Source: Oculina patagonica (lineage: Eukaryota). From it: DNA of 64,000 bases. The notes under the pieces are model-generated. The model was not told the DNA's origin, made no database searches, and worked only from the letters and a program-made list of their open reading frames with translations. Shown here in pieces: positions 24,701-37,225 of this stretch. The stretch's first letter is position 1. The number at the start of each line of letters is the position of its first letter. The position numbers and the translations under genes are program-made. Where the stretch lies: the NCBI RefSeq assembly GCF_052425735.1, contig NC_135761.1, positions 34,038,001 to 34,102,000 on the forward strand, written 5' to 3'.

Positions 24701-25220
24701 TATCAAGTTTAGAACACGAGGCGCAGCCGAATGTGTTAGACTTGATAAAACACGAACTGCGAATTTATTGAACGGCTTAAAACTCTTCTGATGTAGATCA
24801 ACTCATTCTTGCACTAATATTTAGATTTGGGGCTAATTTGGCCTAGAAAATTGGACGTAAAGTTTAGCCGTGTCTTTATCAGATATAAAGACACTCATTA
24901 AACATTAATTTCTTTTGTATTTTCTTAATGAATTATTAATGAGTTTTTAAGGGAGAAGAAGTCTGCTGTTTGGGTTAGTGGCGATAGTGCATAAGACAGT
25001 ACACGATTCCAGTTTTAATAGCATTGCCAGTTAGGAAGTTTTCTACTCCACACCTGAACGGGATCCTAAAAATAGTTTCCCTTGGAAAGACCTAAGAGAA
25101 TCTCCTGAGTCTTTTACCTGCCGTTTTACTAACACTTCACTTCTACAATAAACGGTGGAAACTGTATGCTTAAAAGTCGAAGTAGATACATTGATTTCGT
25201 TTGTTTCATCTACAGAATAG
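21736..25220 (+). CDS. Multi-exon gene of unknown function (~320 aa): N-terminal coiled coil and three PSWFDxL repeats. Exons: 21736-21839 (candidate, MITE-interrupted), 22012-22051, 22215-22424, 22637-22729, 23244-23408, 23564-23704, 23846-23998, 24483-24608, 25216-25220 (candidate terminal)
   Basis: Seven consecutive internal exons have AG/GT boundaries and no stops. Six are symmetric phase-1 (210, 93, 165, 141, 153, 126 bp) and splice into one frame. First and last exons are less certain. Confidence 0.8.
21746..21819. mobile_element. 74-bp MITE (TAACCTGCGATC TIR; Academ-like)
   Basis: TAACCTGCGATC ... GATCGCAGGTTA; a related half element lies at ~18030-18045. Confidence 0.75.
22931..23135. 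mobile_element. Intronic Harbinger-type MITE
   Basis: GGCCTGGTTTACACTAGCGAC ... GTCGTTAGTGTGAACCAGACC, with TTA nearby at both ends. Confidence 0.7.
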
Positions 25221-26079
25221 TATCCACGTTGCAAGTCAAGCTAAAGGACTCGATGTCTTGTTCCTCATTACGTGCATATTTATTTTTTTCATAACATACG
25301 ATTCAGCAAAAGTGTTAATATATATCATTTAATTTTAAAACGTTTTTATATTTAGTTACATGAATAGTTTAGAAATTTTAGCTCTGTAAATATTTATTTT
25401 ATTAAATTACATTTTCTTAGTGGTACATTAAAATGTAATGAAAACTGCTAAACGTTTTCTGCATTAGAAAGATTTCAATTAATAATGTTGAAATGTTAAC
25501 ATCGACACGTATTCTCTTACTTGTCGATAATGTCTCAGATGTATTTATACAGAGAGAAATCACAGATATCTAATTAATCGTGGTTACAAACATGTAACAT
25601 TGTGCACTTTCAAGAGACATACATTAGCTATAAAATGTGATGTTTATAATAACAGAAAATAAAAACGTCTGTAGAAAACAAATCTGTTGCTGTGTTTTTA
25701 AAGGAACCTGCTGAAACCGTTCTAGTTTATGCGCACCCCCCCCCCCCTCGTTATAGTCAGCTCGGCGCTACGCGCCTCGTTCGATATCTGCCATCTCATA
25801 TCCAACGCGCGCTTGCGGAATAATTGCTTTAACAATATACCATTGACCATAAATGTAGTAGCCGCATAATAAACGTTAACGAGAACAGCCGGGGAGCTCG
25901 AATATTGCAATTCTTTGGGCGTTACTAATAAAACAATTATTTCAATCGCGCTCGTTGGATATAATGTAATGTAAAAACTTTATTTAAACACGGGAAACCA
26001 TCAGTTACAATAAGCTCAACTATTAAAGAAACTAAAACTAAAACTGCTTTACATGATTGCCGTGTGGGATATGAGATCG

Positions 26080-26590
26080 TTAACAACAACAATACAACAA
26101 TAACAACACTTTATTAAACCACGCGACACTTAGGAGCGCAAGCGCTCGTAAAAATGTCTGCGTGAGCGCAAAATTGTATAAAGAAAAAAAAATTATATAA
26201 ATATCTATGTAAATATGTATTATATAATAGGCGCCTAAAAAGAGTTAAAAATATTAAAACCTAAAATATTAATATAGTAATCGTTTAAATGTTAAAAGAT
26301 CTTTAGCGTCCCTTACAAATGGTGGTATTGAGTTCCAGATCCTGGCGGCGATGAAAGAAAAGGACTTATGCCGCCATTCCAAATTGCATCTAGGCATCTC
26401 TAAAATTGTACCGGACCCCCTTAGGTTATACGAGCACACTTTAAAATTAAAGAGATCTTGAATATAGCTTGGAGCTTGATTATGTAAGCGTTTATACACA
26501 AGGACTAATGCCTGAAATTTCCTGCGCTGTTCTAGCGAGCTAATGCCTACAGTCTTCAAAAGAAACTCATAAGGAGTTTGCCTGAAAAAG
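26080..26590 (-). mobile_element. 5'-truncated LINE (L2/Crack group): ORF2 C-terminus, 3'UTR and microsatellite tail
   Basis: YEFLL...SLEQRR...VYK.LH..APSYI..LF....YNLRG...KSFSF.AA.IWNSIP...LTFK; AATAAA followed by a (TGT)n-like tail. Confidence 0.85.
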
Positions 26591-29500
26591 CCTATCAGCC
26601 CATAATTGTTGAACATATTCCGTTCGATGAAATATTGGTCACCCAATTTCATAGCCAGATGAATGCACAACAAACCAACAAAGTCGCAGGGGCATTTCAC
26701 AAGTAGGTAGCCTCAATAGGCCTGATCACGGTCCTCGACGCAATCTTGACGAGAAGACAAAGCGGGCAGAAATTAAAGTGTTGTTATCAGTAGGAATACG
26801 ACGGCATACATCTTTTTAAAAATCGAATTCTAGACAACTTGCGAACTGTAGAGTTAAGATACTAGGCAAAAGTTTTAATTCGCCAAGTTTGAACGATGTA
26901 GACTGAACGCGTTCAGTTGCGTTTTTCATTTCCCGTGATCTACGCTATTATCATCGTCACGTGAAACGATTATCCGTATCTCTTGAAGTATATTTTGCCT
27001 CTTGTTTGGAGAGACCCCGCTCGTCCCAGGCCTATGACGGGGTGGGAGGGGGTACTTCCATATATGGGCCTTATATAGATACTAATGGAAAGCTCTGTAT
27101 TACTTTATTTACGTAAATAAATAACACAGTAATTTGAAAAATTTTGATTTCATTGATGCACTGAAAATTCATTTTTAACCATATTCCGATACAAAGAATA
27201 CGATATTTTTAGTTGCTTCGACGCAAAATCGTTAAATCGGGAGTTTTTTACAACGATATCCCAATTTACACTGTAACAATAGGTATTTTGCTCTCCCTCC
27301 ACATCGCGTAAACCCGGTTCCACTTATTAGTTCTTTTTGCTGCGCTCTTATTTCTCACAGGAAGCAGCTATGAAGTTTTGTATGGCGAGCCGAGGCACCC
27401 CCACGTTTAGAACATCTTTTAAAAATCTACTCTTAAAAAAGTTAAAAGTCGTTATTTTTTAAGATTTAATTTATAACTCTAAGCGTAAGGGGTGAAACCA
27501 AACTGTATCGCTAGGTACCAGGACTTTTCAATTCATAGGTGCACAGTTTTTTTTTTTTTTTCTTTTCGACAAGTCTAAAGGCGACACCAAAGCCAAGGCT
27601 TAAAAGAGTGGAACACACACCACGTAGCTACTAAATAAGTTCAGTTAACAAACAAGAAAAAAAAAATCAAATATCTACTTAAAAATTTATTCCCAACTAA
27701 CTGCACAACTAGGAGATGGGCGATAAAGAATATGAATATAGCATATACCTTTTACTTGCAGTTTATCCATCGTTTTATTTTTCATTCCCTTCTACAAAGC
27801 CATGATTACAAGCTGTAAAGTTAAACCTCTCATTAACATAGCTTAGTCTTAAGCTCTCGTTGCGTTGGCTTGCTGTATTGTCATTTTTGTAAATAATGTC
27901 ATATGTTCACTCAGACTTGATCCATTTGTCCTCATTGAATAGGCGGACTTTAATAACGGCTTGTGGGTGGTACAGATCCCTCTCAACAGGCCTAATATAA
28001 TACACAATTTAGCTTTAAAAGTATTTATACCGGCAATTTTTCCAAAAAAATTAATAAATAAACTAATTGTTAAATTTTGTCTAGCCCCAACAGAAAAGAT
28101 ATATTCAAACCTTACCCCCCAAAAAGGATATCTTTAAAAATTTTGTAACAAGCTTTGATCATCTCTGCCTATGTACGCATTGCGGACTCAGCAGAAAAAA
28201 GGCGGTTACCAAGCGGTAATGCCTTTCGGTCGCTAATTCGCGCCATTTTCATTCATCAGTTTTGAGAGAATGACGAAAGCAAGTCTTCGGAGCTAAAAGA
28301 ATTTCAAAAGGTATGCTAAAACCAGCTTTAATTTTAAGGTATAGCTTTGGAACAGCCTTTTCGAAGTATCTTCGAGTCAGTAAAAGTATTATTCGAATTT
28401 TGTTTAAGCAGGAAACATATGCAAATAAGTTTTCGTGTTTAAATGTATGCACTTGCAGAGAACCCGACACGGTCTTGTGAAATGTTTGCCTGCTGGCGGC
28501 CGTCTTCTCGACAATTTCTTCTGGTTTTGCAAAAGAGTAGTGAATTTTCACTCTTTATAGATGGACTACGCAAACCAAGAATAACAAACACTTCAACTAT
28601 GAAGAATTGTAGAAAATTAATTGATTAAGGAACACGAAGAGTTTTAAAGACAAAAACTCAACTGTAGTGTTGAAAAGCCCCGGGGAAAAGCCTCAGTTTA
28701 GTTGTTTCCTTCAAGTGTGAAGCTAAAGGCTTTCTCCTAAACGCTACTTATTTAGTTATTTCCAGCTTTCGCGTTGTTAAAGGTCGTTTAATTTGCAGGT
28801 CAGACGTACGAAAACAGCATGAAGCTCGCATGGAGGTGTCAGAGGTTTGCTTGGTCCTCGAAAAATAAGGTAAGCCGGTTTATAATTCGTTTCATGTTTC
28901 ACTTCAAGGCGAAGCGTCTTGGTGAAATAAAATCAGTAAATCTGTTCGATTTCTCTGGTCGAGCGAGGTGGAAGATTTCCACGGTAAATATCAACATTTC
29001 CTAGCCCGTTTTTTAACGCGTTTATTCATTCATTGTCTTGTAATTATTTTAAGTTCAATGTTCATTATACAATTTACAGAGCCACAAAAAAGGGGAACAG
29101 TAAAATATTCCAATTCAAAGATACACTGTCAAGGTGGCGGACATTGTTATTAAATTCACGGTAAAAATTTTAAAAACCATTATTATTTGTTAAATTGGAA
29201 TTTATCAATTCCCGTGGACAAAATCCATGACAGTGAGAACAGAATTCTTCCCATTTATCGCATGGAATTTATAATTTTAAGTATCATTCATGGCTATCTT
29301 TCAAAATCCCTCATGGTTTCTGCATGGCAAATGGCCTTGTTCCACGATGGGAAGTTATAAAGTTCCATAAGTGTTTCATCCCAAGAAAAGAATATAAACA
29401 AAGAAATAAATATATGACAATAAAGAATTTCCTGATTATTGTTTTGACCAGTCTTGAAAGAAACTCTACTTGTAGGACTTGTAGGGTGTTAAGCCCATTT

Positions 29501-30442
29501 CTTGACTTAAATGAAAAGCCGCTTGCAGGCTATACATACTTGTATTATTAATCTCTGTGTTATTGACAGCATAATTATGTTCTGATTAACATGGCAAAAG
29601 TGATACTGAATGAAATGCGTACAGCACAACATTGCAAGAAGTAATGACTGTTTTAAATCAAAGAATCTCATTTTCTTGACTGATGGCAAATAGTGTTTTG
29701 TTTTTGCATAAAGTGTCAGATAAACAAGGTAGTTAAACTTAAAAATGGAATCTAAAAACCAGTGCAGCTTACTGCAGTAGTGTGAAAGGGAGGGTTGGAA
29801 TAGGGGTATGGAAATCCGCCGATCAGTCATAATTTAATGACCAAATTCGTTGGTAAAACACATCTGGAGTTGTTCTGTGTCGGCTAAGAAGCAATCAGCA
29901 TTTGACCATATTAACGATTAACTAAAAGAACAAAAAAAAAACACGAGATCCGCGGCCATTTTCCATCCGCCATATTTTTTCGCCGAGATGATTGATCTGT
30001 GTTTGAAATCGCTCGGCAATTCGCCTCTCCATATCTTTGCTGTTGCTAACTTAACGCTGGCCCAGCTCTTGGATAGCCAAAACAAATGTTTCCTGAAGTT
30101 TGTTTCCGGAGTCGCTGACATTCCACGTACATTGATAATATTGATCTTTACTGTACCATACTAAGTAAAAGCAGTTAACAAGCCAAAAAAGTCTGTCTTT
30201 CAAAAGTAGTCTTGTATTCAAAGGCTGTACTAATAATCTATAACAACACTATATAGTCTTATGGTGCCATTTCCGTAGTTTCAATGGCACTAAACAAAAA
30301 AAGTTTTAAAACTGTAAAAGATAAACTAAAGTTCACCTTTGACTCTAAACTGTGTTTCTCTTCTGGTACATGTATGTATGTGTATGTGCTGTTTCCTGAG
30401 TCCCTCTTCCTGTGTTTCAAGGCTGGTGAAAACTTTTAAGTT

Positions 30443-30543
30443 TACCTTATTGTTACTTATTTTCGCGGGACTTATTTTCGCGAAATATTCCTGTTGCATT
30501 TTCGCGAAATTAAGTACCCGCGAAAATAAGTAACAATAAGGTA
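30443..30543. mobile_element. Tc1/mariner-type MITE
   Basis: TACCTTATTGTTACTTATTTTCGCGGG ... CCCGCGAAAATAAGTAACAATAAGGTA, a 27-bp inverted repeat with TA termini. Confidence 0.85.
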
Positions 30544-32344
30544 GTGAAAACTTAAAACTTTTAACTTTTAAGTTTAGCAATCTTAAAAGATTGCAAAATC
30601 AACGTCATTTAAAATGCAGAGAAGTGAATATGGTAGTTTGCTCCCTCTGTGTTTGTGATCATTTGGAAATTCTTGGATGATGAAATGACACGTGCTTTAA
30701 TTTTGGTACAAACACTCACCTGCTTCAAATTCATGCTAGACTGGCTGTCAGATGTTTCTCTTTTCTCTCATTTTTCTCTTTCCAAAAGGAGATTTACTCC
30801 AGAAAATTTCAATATTGTATGAAAGCACCCATGATTCATCTACAAAATAAGTACAATACATAGAGTAATTGTGCTTGTTATTTCAAATCTGCTTTACACT
30901 GTACACCCTCCTGCTGCTTTACACTGTACACCCTCCTGACTTCAAAACTTGCTTCATTACTCCCTCCATTGTACTCCACTCAGTCCAGTTACAACTACAT
31001 TTACAACTACAACTACTGTAAAATGTCACCTAATGCACATGTATAATAGTTGCTCTCCCTCTGGCATGTCATAATTCTTATTAAGAAAGTTTCTTATATC
31101 TGCTATGGGCCTTGTTTTGTCCAGTGATGACACATCCACCTTTTCAGACATCACCATGGACATAAACCAATTGTGCATTTTGTTTTTGTTGTCTATACAC
31201 ATGTCCTTGACACTGGTCTCCTACCACATGGTACTTCCTTCCTTTTGATTTTAATAAGGTCAAAAGTGCCATCACTGAAACCTCAGACTAAAAATAACAT
31301 TATTACTACAAATATTACAATAAATTAGTTTATTTATACCAAAAGCATTTGTATTTACCAGTCTATCAACTATTGGACTAGTTTTAAAATGATTTCATAT
31401 TTAATTATTTAATGATTTCAACCAGTGATCATCAACAAACAGATGACCATTATTTCCTCTATCCCAAAAGTTACAAACATCAGCTGTTTATAACTTAAAT
31501 AATATATGCATGTGGGCAACATGTTCTTATAACTACATCATAATTGTGAATTTAAATGATATGTTCCCTTGCCTTATAAGTTTATCCTTGAAAGTCAAAG
31601 CTATTCTTTGAGATACCCCGGTATTCTTTAATTTCTTGAAATCTATTCTTTCATTTCTTTGCTAGAATCTTTGGGGAGCCTGAAGTGGCACCACCAAAGT
31701 AATACATACTAATAACAATGTTTAAACTTATGTTGCTTGAATGCGAGGAGGTATGATGTTGTAGTGAGCAGTCAAGGTACGAAACAGCATTCCCAACTTT
31801 CTACAGACACAGCTTTGTTTTTGAGAAATCCCTGAATGTGTGAGTTAACAATTTTGAAAGGGAAAATTATCATTTTCTAACGGCCAAAATACACAGTTTA
31901 GTATATTTGATGTTATCCAAGCTCCCTTGACAAAAAAATACACAATAAAAATATTTCTATTAAAATTTGAGAGTTTTCTTGAATTGGGTGTCCTGTGTTT
32001 TTGGGGGATTTTTAGTATGTTGCTAAGCAGACCACCCTGGAATGTATGACAGTAAGAAAAATTCTGTTGCAATTTGTGTGATAACAAACCATAGATTGAC
32101 TGAACTAATAGTGAATAGTGAAAGAAAAGAGATGCCACCATTTAGCATATTGACCAATAGTAGGCCATGGCAAAAGGCTGTGTTACTGTGTTGCTCTTCC
32201 TTGCCTTCCTTTTCAGTTTTCCTCCCGATTTTTTGCTCTCGGTCTTGACTAAACTATTTAACCCCTAAAAACATTCTTTTAAAGAATCTCATAATAAAAT
32301 ATAACAAATTTAAACATTTATTCATGCAGTCAAGTTATAAAATA

Positions 32345-32890
32345 AATGTAGTGTTTTGTTTCATACGTTACGTTATTTCTGAGCGCGTCTTCATGCAGAA
32401 TGTCTTTCACGATATGGAAAATGTTTTCGATTGGATTAATGTCGGGACTGTGAGGAGGAATTGCAATTAGTTTTGCCCCGATTCCCTCCAGGCAGCACGT
32501 GCTTTTCCAGAATTTTGGCTGGGGTCACCATCCTGAACGAAAACCTTGCATCGTCCCTTCCTTGAATCACGAAACATTCTTGTGAATTCCCTTCCAACCT
32601 GAGGCCTGCAAAGATGTGTTGTGGATGATTAGATTAGATATGTGGGTACACGTATTTGTGATGTGGTTTTGGGAGATGTGACAATGAATTCTGTGTTACA
32701 TGATGGAATGATAATTGAGTACAATAATTATTGTGAGGCTGAAGAAGCTGACTGTGGCTGATCTCATTTATAAGGTACCCGGTGGTGATGTGGATCGGCA
32801 TAACAAATATAAGGTAAATTGGATTTGGTTTTGGTTTGCCGTTTTTGAAGTAGCTTGGTAAACATTGCTCATGGTGTAGGGCTGATAACC
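32345..32890 (-). pseudogene. Chimeric remnant: Penelope-like RT fragment joined to a Tc1-like DDE transposase fragment (copy 1)
   Basis: PKPHHKYVYPHI..NHPQHIFAGL, then FVQDGDPSQNSGKA/IPPHSPDINPIENIFH; second copy at 46755-47260. Confidence 0.75.
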
Positions 32891-33757
32891 ATTTAAATAA
32901 AATAAAAATGAAAACTTTATTTATCCTGAAGGGCCAATCAGTGATCATTAGATCACTGGTATAAACTGGCGATCAGCATTAAGTATAAAATACATCTATT
33001 CTTAAAGTTGTAGAAGATTTATATATATACATATTAAAAATTGACATTAAAAAAAAATACAAGTATTCTGGAGTTTATGTATCAAATTCAAGCATTTAAA
33101 AAGAAGAGCAAAGAGCATTTGACATTTTTTTTGCAAATCGTAAAATGATATACCTTGGGTACCACATATGGATCTGTTTTGACAATTTCTTCTATTTTCT
33201 TCCGCATCGCTTTAAAAAACCTTTATAACCTTTTTATATAACCTTTGCTTGAGAAAAAAAAAACGTTTCACAGGATGTTGAATTCAAAGTAGTTTTCATT
33301 GTGGCATTTCTGAGCATCTTACCGATGCGTTTCTTGCAGAGTTCTTGATTTCCATCCCTAGCATGGTTTAAACCATTTAGGCTGTCGCATTTACTGCAAG
33401 TATCTTTTCTTTAAGGCCAGTCCCTGGCCCTCGCCTCTATTGAGATAATATTTACCAGAGCAGAACTATTTTGTGCATGAGTGCACAAATTATGGATAAT
33501 TCCGGGCTCAAAACAAATGTGAACTTACTTTGCCAGCTTCTACTTCCTGTCAAGAGAAAGAAAAAGACGATTTTAGATCACAGAATAAATAACGAAATAG
33601 TTTCCGAGTCATGAAATATTAAAACGTCTGTGTGAGGCATGAAATAGACTTAAGGAGATAACATGTTATCAATTGAAAGATATTCATTAATGCATGCAAC
33701 AAGTACATATTACGCACGCCACCGATGTGTGGAATGGGACCCAATTTTCGCCTTGCT

Positions 33758-33768
33758 GCCCCGCCCAC
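33758..33768. promoter_or_regulatory. GC box (Sp/KLF-type) inside the left TIR; mirror copy at 37326-37336 in the right TIR
   Basis: GCCCCGCCCAC / GTGGGCGGGGC, each ~100-115 nt upstream of an inward-facing ATG. Confidence 0.45.
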
Positions 33769-33881
33769 TTTCGTTGTCAAATTCCATAAATTCCTTAGGC
33801 TCGCCAGTCTTCTGCGTGCGTTTGACCGCTTGCTCTCCTTCGCTCGCTTGATCGCGAAAATAAATCAGCTTTTTCTACACC

Positions 33882-35278
33882 ATGGAGAGAAACATGTTTA
33901 AAGTTATGGGTCCAGGCGACAAGTGGATAAAACTATTTTTATCAAGCGAAGAAATTGCAAGTCTAACTATGGATTCCCTGCTATCAAGAATTCAAGAACG
34001 ATTTCCTAGCCTAAGAAGAAGCACTGTGAGCGTGAAATATTAAGATGGAAATGATTGGATTAAACTGCCTGCAGACGATATCGACTCTTTCATCGATATG
34101 TTAGAAAGTGCACAGGAAGAAAGAGAAAACTTGAAGAGAGTGACCCTAAGAGTGAACGAAATTGCGTTCAGTCCACCAGGTTTATTGAAAGGCGCCACGG
34201 TGCAGACGGTGAAAACGGCACAGCAAAAACGTCTTCGGTCGTCGCCATCTACATCTCCAAATGCAGTAAGCGTTCCTGAAAGAAAGAAGCACAAAATAGC
34301 CACATCGAAATGCTTAGAAGAAAAATTCTGTGATACTACCGCTGAATGGAAATATGAAACGCCGACCCAAAAGTATTTCAACAAGCTCGAAGAAGAAAAA
34401 AAGCAACAACAGGATTTGGTGTTAAAGAAACAAAATGAGCTGTTGGAACTTGAGATGTCCTGTAAACCCTTAACTACAAATAAAAAGCCACTTTGCTCAA
34501 ATTGCCACACGCCAGGACATAATAAGACAATTTTCTCGTTCGCGGCTTGTGTGTCGGCATCGATTTGTAAGGACATCAAAAGGCATCCAGAGGAAGAAAA
34601 ACATTATAAAACTATTCAACCCGAACTCAAAGCTGCGAAAACAAAACTAAAGAAATTGGAAGAGGATATTGCCACCAAAAGAGAAAGTTTTGTCTCTAGT
34701 ATCAACACCTACGCAGCGAAAGTTCAAGCGGACTTGATTAACAGTAATCAGGCGAAATATTTACGACAAACAGCAACCGGCGACAAAGTCCCCATGATTG
34801 TAAACACGGACATTAGAAAGCTTGAAAAGATTTGCAAGGGCAAGGTTCCGCCAAAAGGTGAAATACAACAGCTTCTAAAGGAGTACGACGAAAACTTTTC
34901 TGTCACCCGAGTAAAAGCAAACACTGATCATTCTATTAACCCTGTGAGAAAACTTTGGGAACGAAAGGGAATCGTATTTCCTGGAAGCGGCGTGCTGCCA
35001 AACCGAAAGAGCGAGAGTGTCGCGAGTAGCGGTTGTTATTTTTATGGAAAACCTACTTCTACACCGGTCACTGGAACACCTATGCCTGCTTATCACAATT
35101 ATTATGTTACGAGCCCACAACTTTGGAAGAGGAAGAACGCCATCTCGAGAGAGGATTGAGTGAAAGTTTGAAAACCTGTCCTCCTGAAAGTTTGAAAACC
35201 TGTCCTCCTTCCTTTTCAAAGAAAGATGTCGACTCGGATTATGGTTTAAGCTTATTGTTTGAAGCAGCTATTTTATAA
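33882..35278 (+). pseudogene. Transposon ORF2: PB1-like N-terminus, CxxCHxxxH/CxxxxxCxxxxxH Zn-binding motif, coiled coil, acidic UIM-like tail; disrupted
   Basis: ATG 33882 is in frame with ORF 34098-35159 across one TAA (34041, in VKY*DGNDWIKL). A likely frameshift near 35080 leads into the 35033-35278 frame (EPTTLEEEERHLERGLSESL...GLSLLFEAAIL). Confidence 0.7.
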
Positions 35279-35533
35279 AAGGTACTGAAACCACAAGTAG
35301 TCGGAAAGGGAAACAAAAATGAATGTTCTACCTGGCACTAGTGAAGGGGGGACAGGGGCCGGTGCCAGGGGAAAAGGGGAAGGAAGTGGGAGAAAAGGCG
35401 GTAAGCGGGTCTCCTTAGGTGCAGGGAACCTGTAGAAAATAAAAATTTTGCAGCATTTCGTTATATTTCCCAATAGATATAAGACAGAAAAAGGCGGGAC
35501 GCGGAAGTTAAGGATACAACAGAGACCCCCTGT
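35273..35533. repeat. ~260-bp purine-rich dispersed repeat; near-identical copy at 42343-42604
   Basis: TTATAAAAGG(T/C)ACTGAAACCACAAG ... GGATACAACAGAGACCCCCTGT occurs at both positions. Confidence 0.9.
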
Positions 35534-36145
35534 TGGTGACTAATCAGTAACTCTATTTAAAACTTTATTATTCGTTGAGCTACTGAACAAACCCGTCTGC
35601 TACAGATAACAAATTGTTGTTTGATGACTTTGAATTTGAACTGTGAAATTTTAGGTAAAAGCCGAATTTTGTTTACTTACGCATTGTAATCCCACAGCTC
35701 TCTGTTGACAAAATATTAAATGTTATCTTTGTTGTTGTGTTTAAGTATTACATGTTAAAGTTTCTTATAGTTATAAATTGGCTTTGAACGCGTGAAAAAA
35801 TTACAAACGCAACATAAACATTGATGTACATGATTGGCGACGAGTAAACTTTTTTGTTTACACTCAGTGCGTGAAATAACATAAGGTTTGTAATAACTAT
35901 TGCTAAGTTGACAATATTTCACGGAATTTGTTACTTTGATCTTCGGAATTTTTAAATTACAAGGAAATCATTGAAGTTGTGCTAAAGTAAATAAAGAACA
36001 TAATTATGTTGATTCATGTCTGTTCTATTTGCAACCTTGTCTGCCTTGTGCTGCGCTCGAGTGTCACGAAATGCTTATCAAGTCAAGCTTCCCATTTGGA
36101 ACAATTTAAATTTGCCTTACAATGCAAGAGTTAGAAAGAGTAATG

Positions 36146-37225
36146 TTAAATGTAACCACAAAAGGCGAAAAAGCCTCTCATATCTTGGGATGTTATTTCT
36201 TTTAGCGCTTTGTGCACTGCCACGTGCAGACTGTCTTTTAAAAGTTCTCTATACTCGAAGCGTCTCAGAATAGTCTTAAGCTTGTTGAAAACATTTTCAG
36301 CAGGGTTAAATTCAGGAGAATATGTTGGTAAATAGACGACTGTGCAACCAATTTCATCCAGCCATTCGCCAAGAGCTTGTCCTGCCCGGTGATGATGAAT
36401 TGGCGCGTTGTCAATAATTACATGATCGCCATAACTGTACGCCGGCTTGCCATCGGGAAGATAAACTGAAGATGCTTCTTCGAAGAAAGAGAGAAAAGAA
36501 AACGAATTGCTGTTACCATCAACTGTGTTGGCATAGACAATGCCATCAAGACCACACATTAGATTTAAGGTAACATTAGGAGAATTGGCATATCGCACGA
36601 TCTCGACAGCCGGAGTGCCACAAAGCGAGTGGCCACTGTTGGGCCTACCAACATCTGGGAGCTTGATCCCGGATTCATCGAAGAACTTGAGTTTATAGGG
36701 GTCAACTGTGGAAATGTAGTTGACATAATCTTGACAGTAATTAAGATTGTCTGGGGTGAATTTCTCGGCAACGGGTCTTGTAAGCTTTTTCCAAGTCCAC
36801 TTTCCGTCGGTCATGTTTCGAAGCTCTCGCTGTATTGCTGAATTTGACGTTCCTCCAGGAATATCACAGTGCTCGCTGATATGCTTATGCAGCTCACCAA
36901 TAGTCATTGAAGCTCTGTCGGTCTTAAGAAATCTTACAAAGTCAGCATCATCTTGTTGAAGGTGTTTTACACCAGCTGTATGCCTTTCTGTGATTCCCGC
37001 ATTGCCGTTATCTACTAAGTCTTTCCAGATTTTTCGGACGGTATCATATTTGACTCTGTTTCTCTTAGCTATGACTGAAAAACTTCCAGGGAAAAAGCCG
37101 GTTACAAAATCGCCACAGTCTTCAACGATATCTTGTATTATTTTTCTTTTCAAGTCAACCTGAAGGGCTCTCCCGCGATCGTAAAATCTACCAAGCTTGC
37201 TGAATTCGGGTAAACCTTCTTCCAT
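36146..37225 (-). CDS. Intact DD37E transposase (IS630/Tc1/mariner, DDE_3 type) with paired-domain-like N-terminus, 359 aa
   Basis: Catalytic motifs KFFDESG, IIDNAPIHH and YSPEFNPAENVF, with 37 residues between the second D and E. N-terminal SKLGRFYDRGRAL..DLKRKII resembles the paired/PAI subdomain. The likely start is the ATG at 37225, since the upstream ORF extension lies in the TIR. Confidence 0.9.
   Translation of the reverse strand: MEEGLPEFSKLGRFYDRGRALQVDLKRKIIQDIVEDCGDFVTGFFPGSFSVIAKRNRVKYDTVRKIWKDLVDNGNAGITERHTAGVKHLQQDDADFVRFLKTDRASMTIGELHKHISEHCDIPGGTSNSAIQRELRNMTDGKWTWKKLTRPVAEKFTPDNLNYCQDYVNYISTVDPYKLKFFDESGIKLPDVGRPNSGHSLCGTPAVEIVRYANSPNVTLNLMCGLDGIVYANTVDGNSNSFSFLSFFEEASSVYLPDGKPAYSYGDHVIIDNAPIHHHRAGQALGEWLDEIGCTVVYLPTYSPEFNPAENVFNKLKTILRRFEYRELLKDSLHVAVHKALKEITSQDMRGFFAFCGYI

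Noticed and set aside
34040-34579. 179-aa minus-strand ORF
   Set aside because: Antisense shadow of transposon ORF2.
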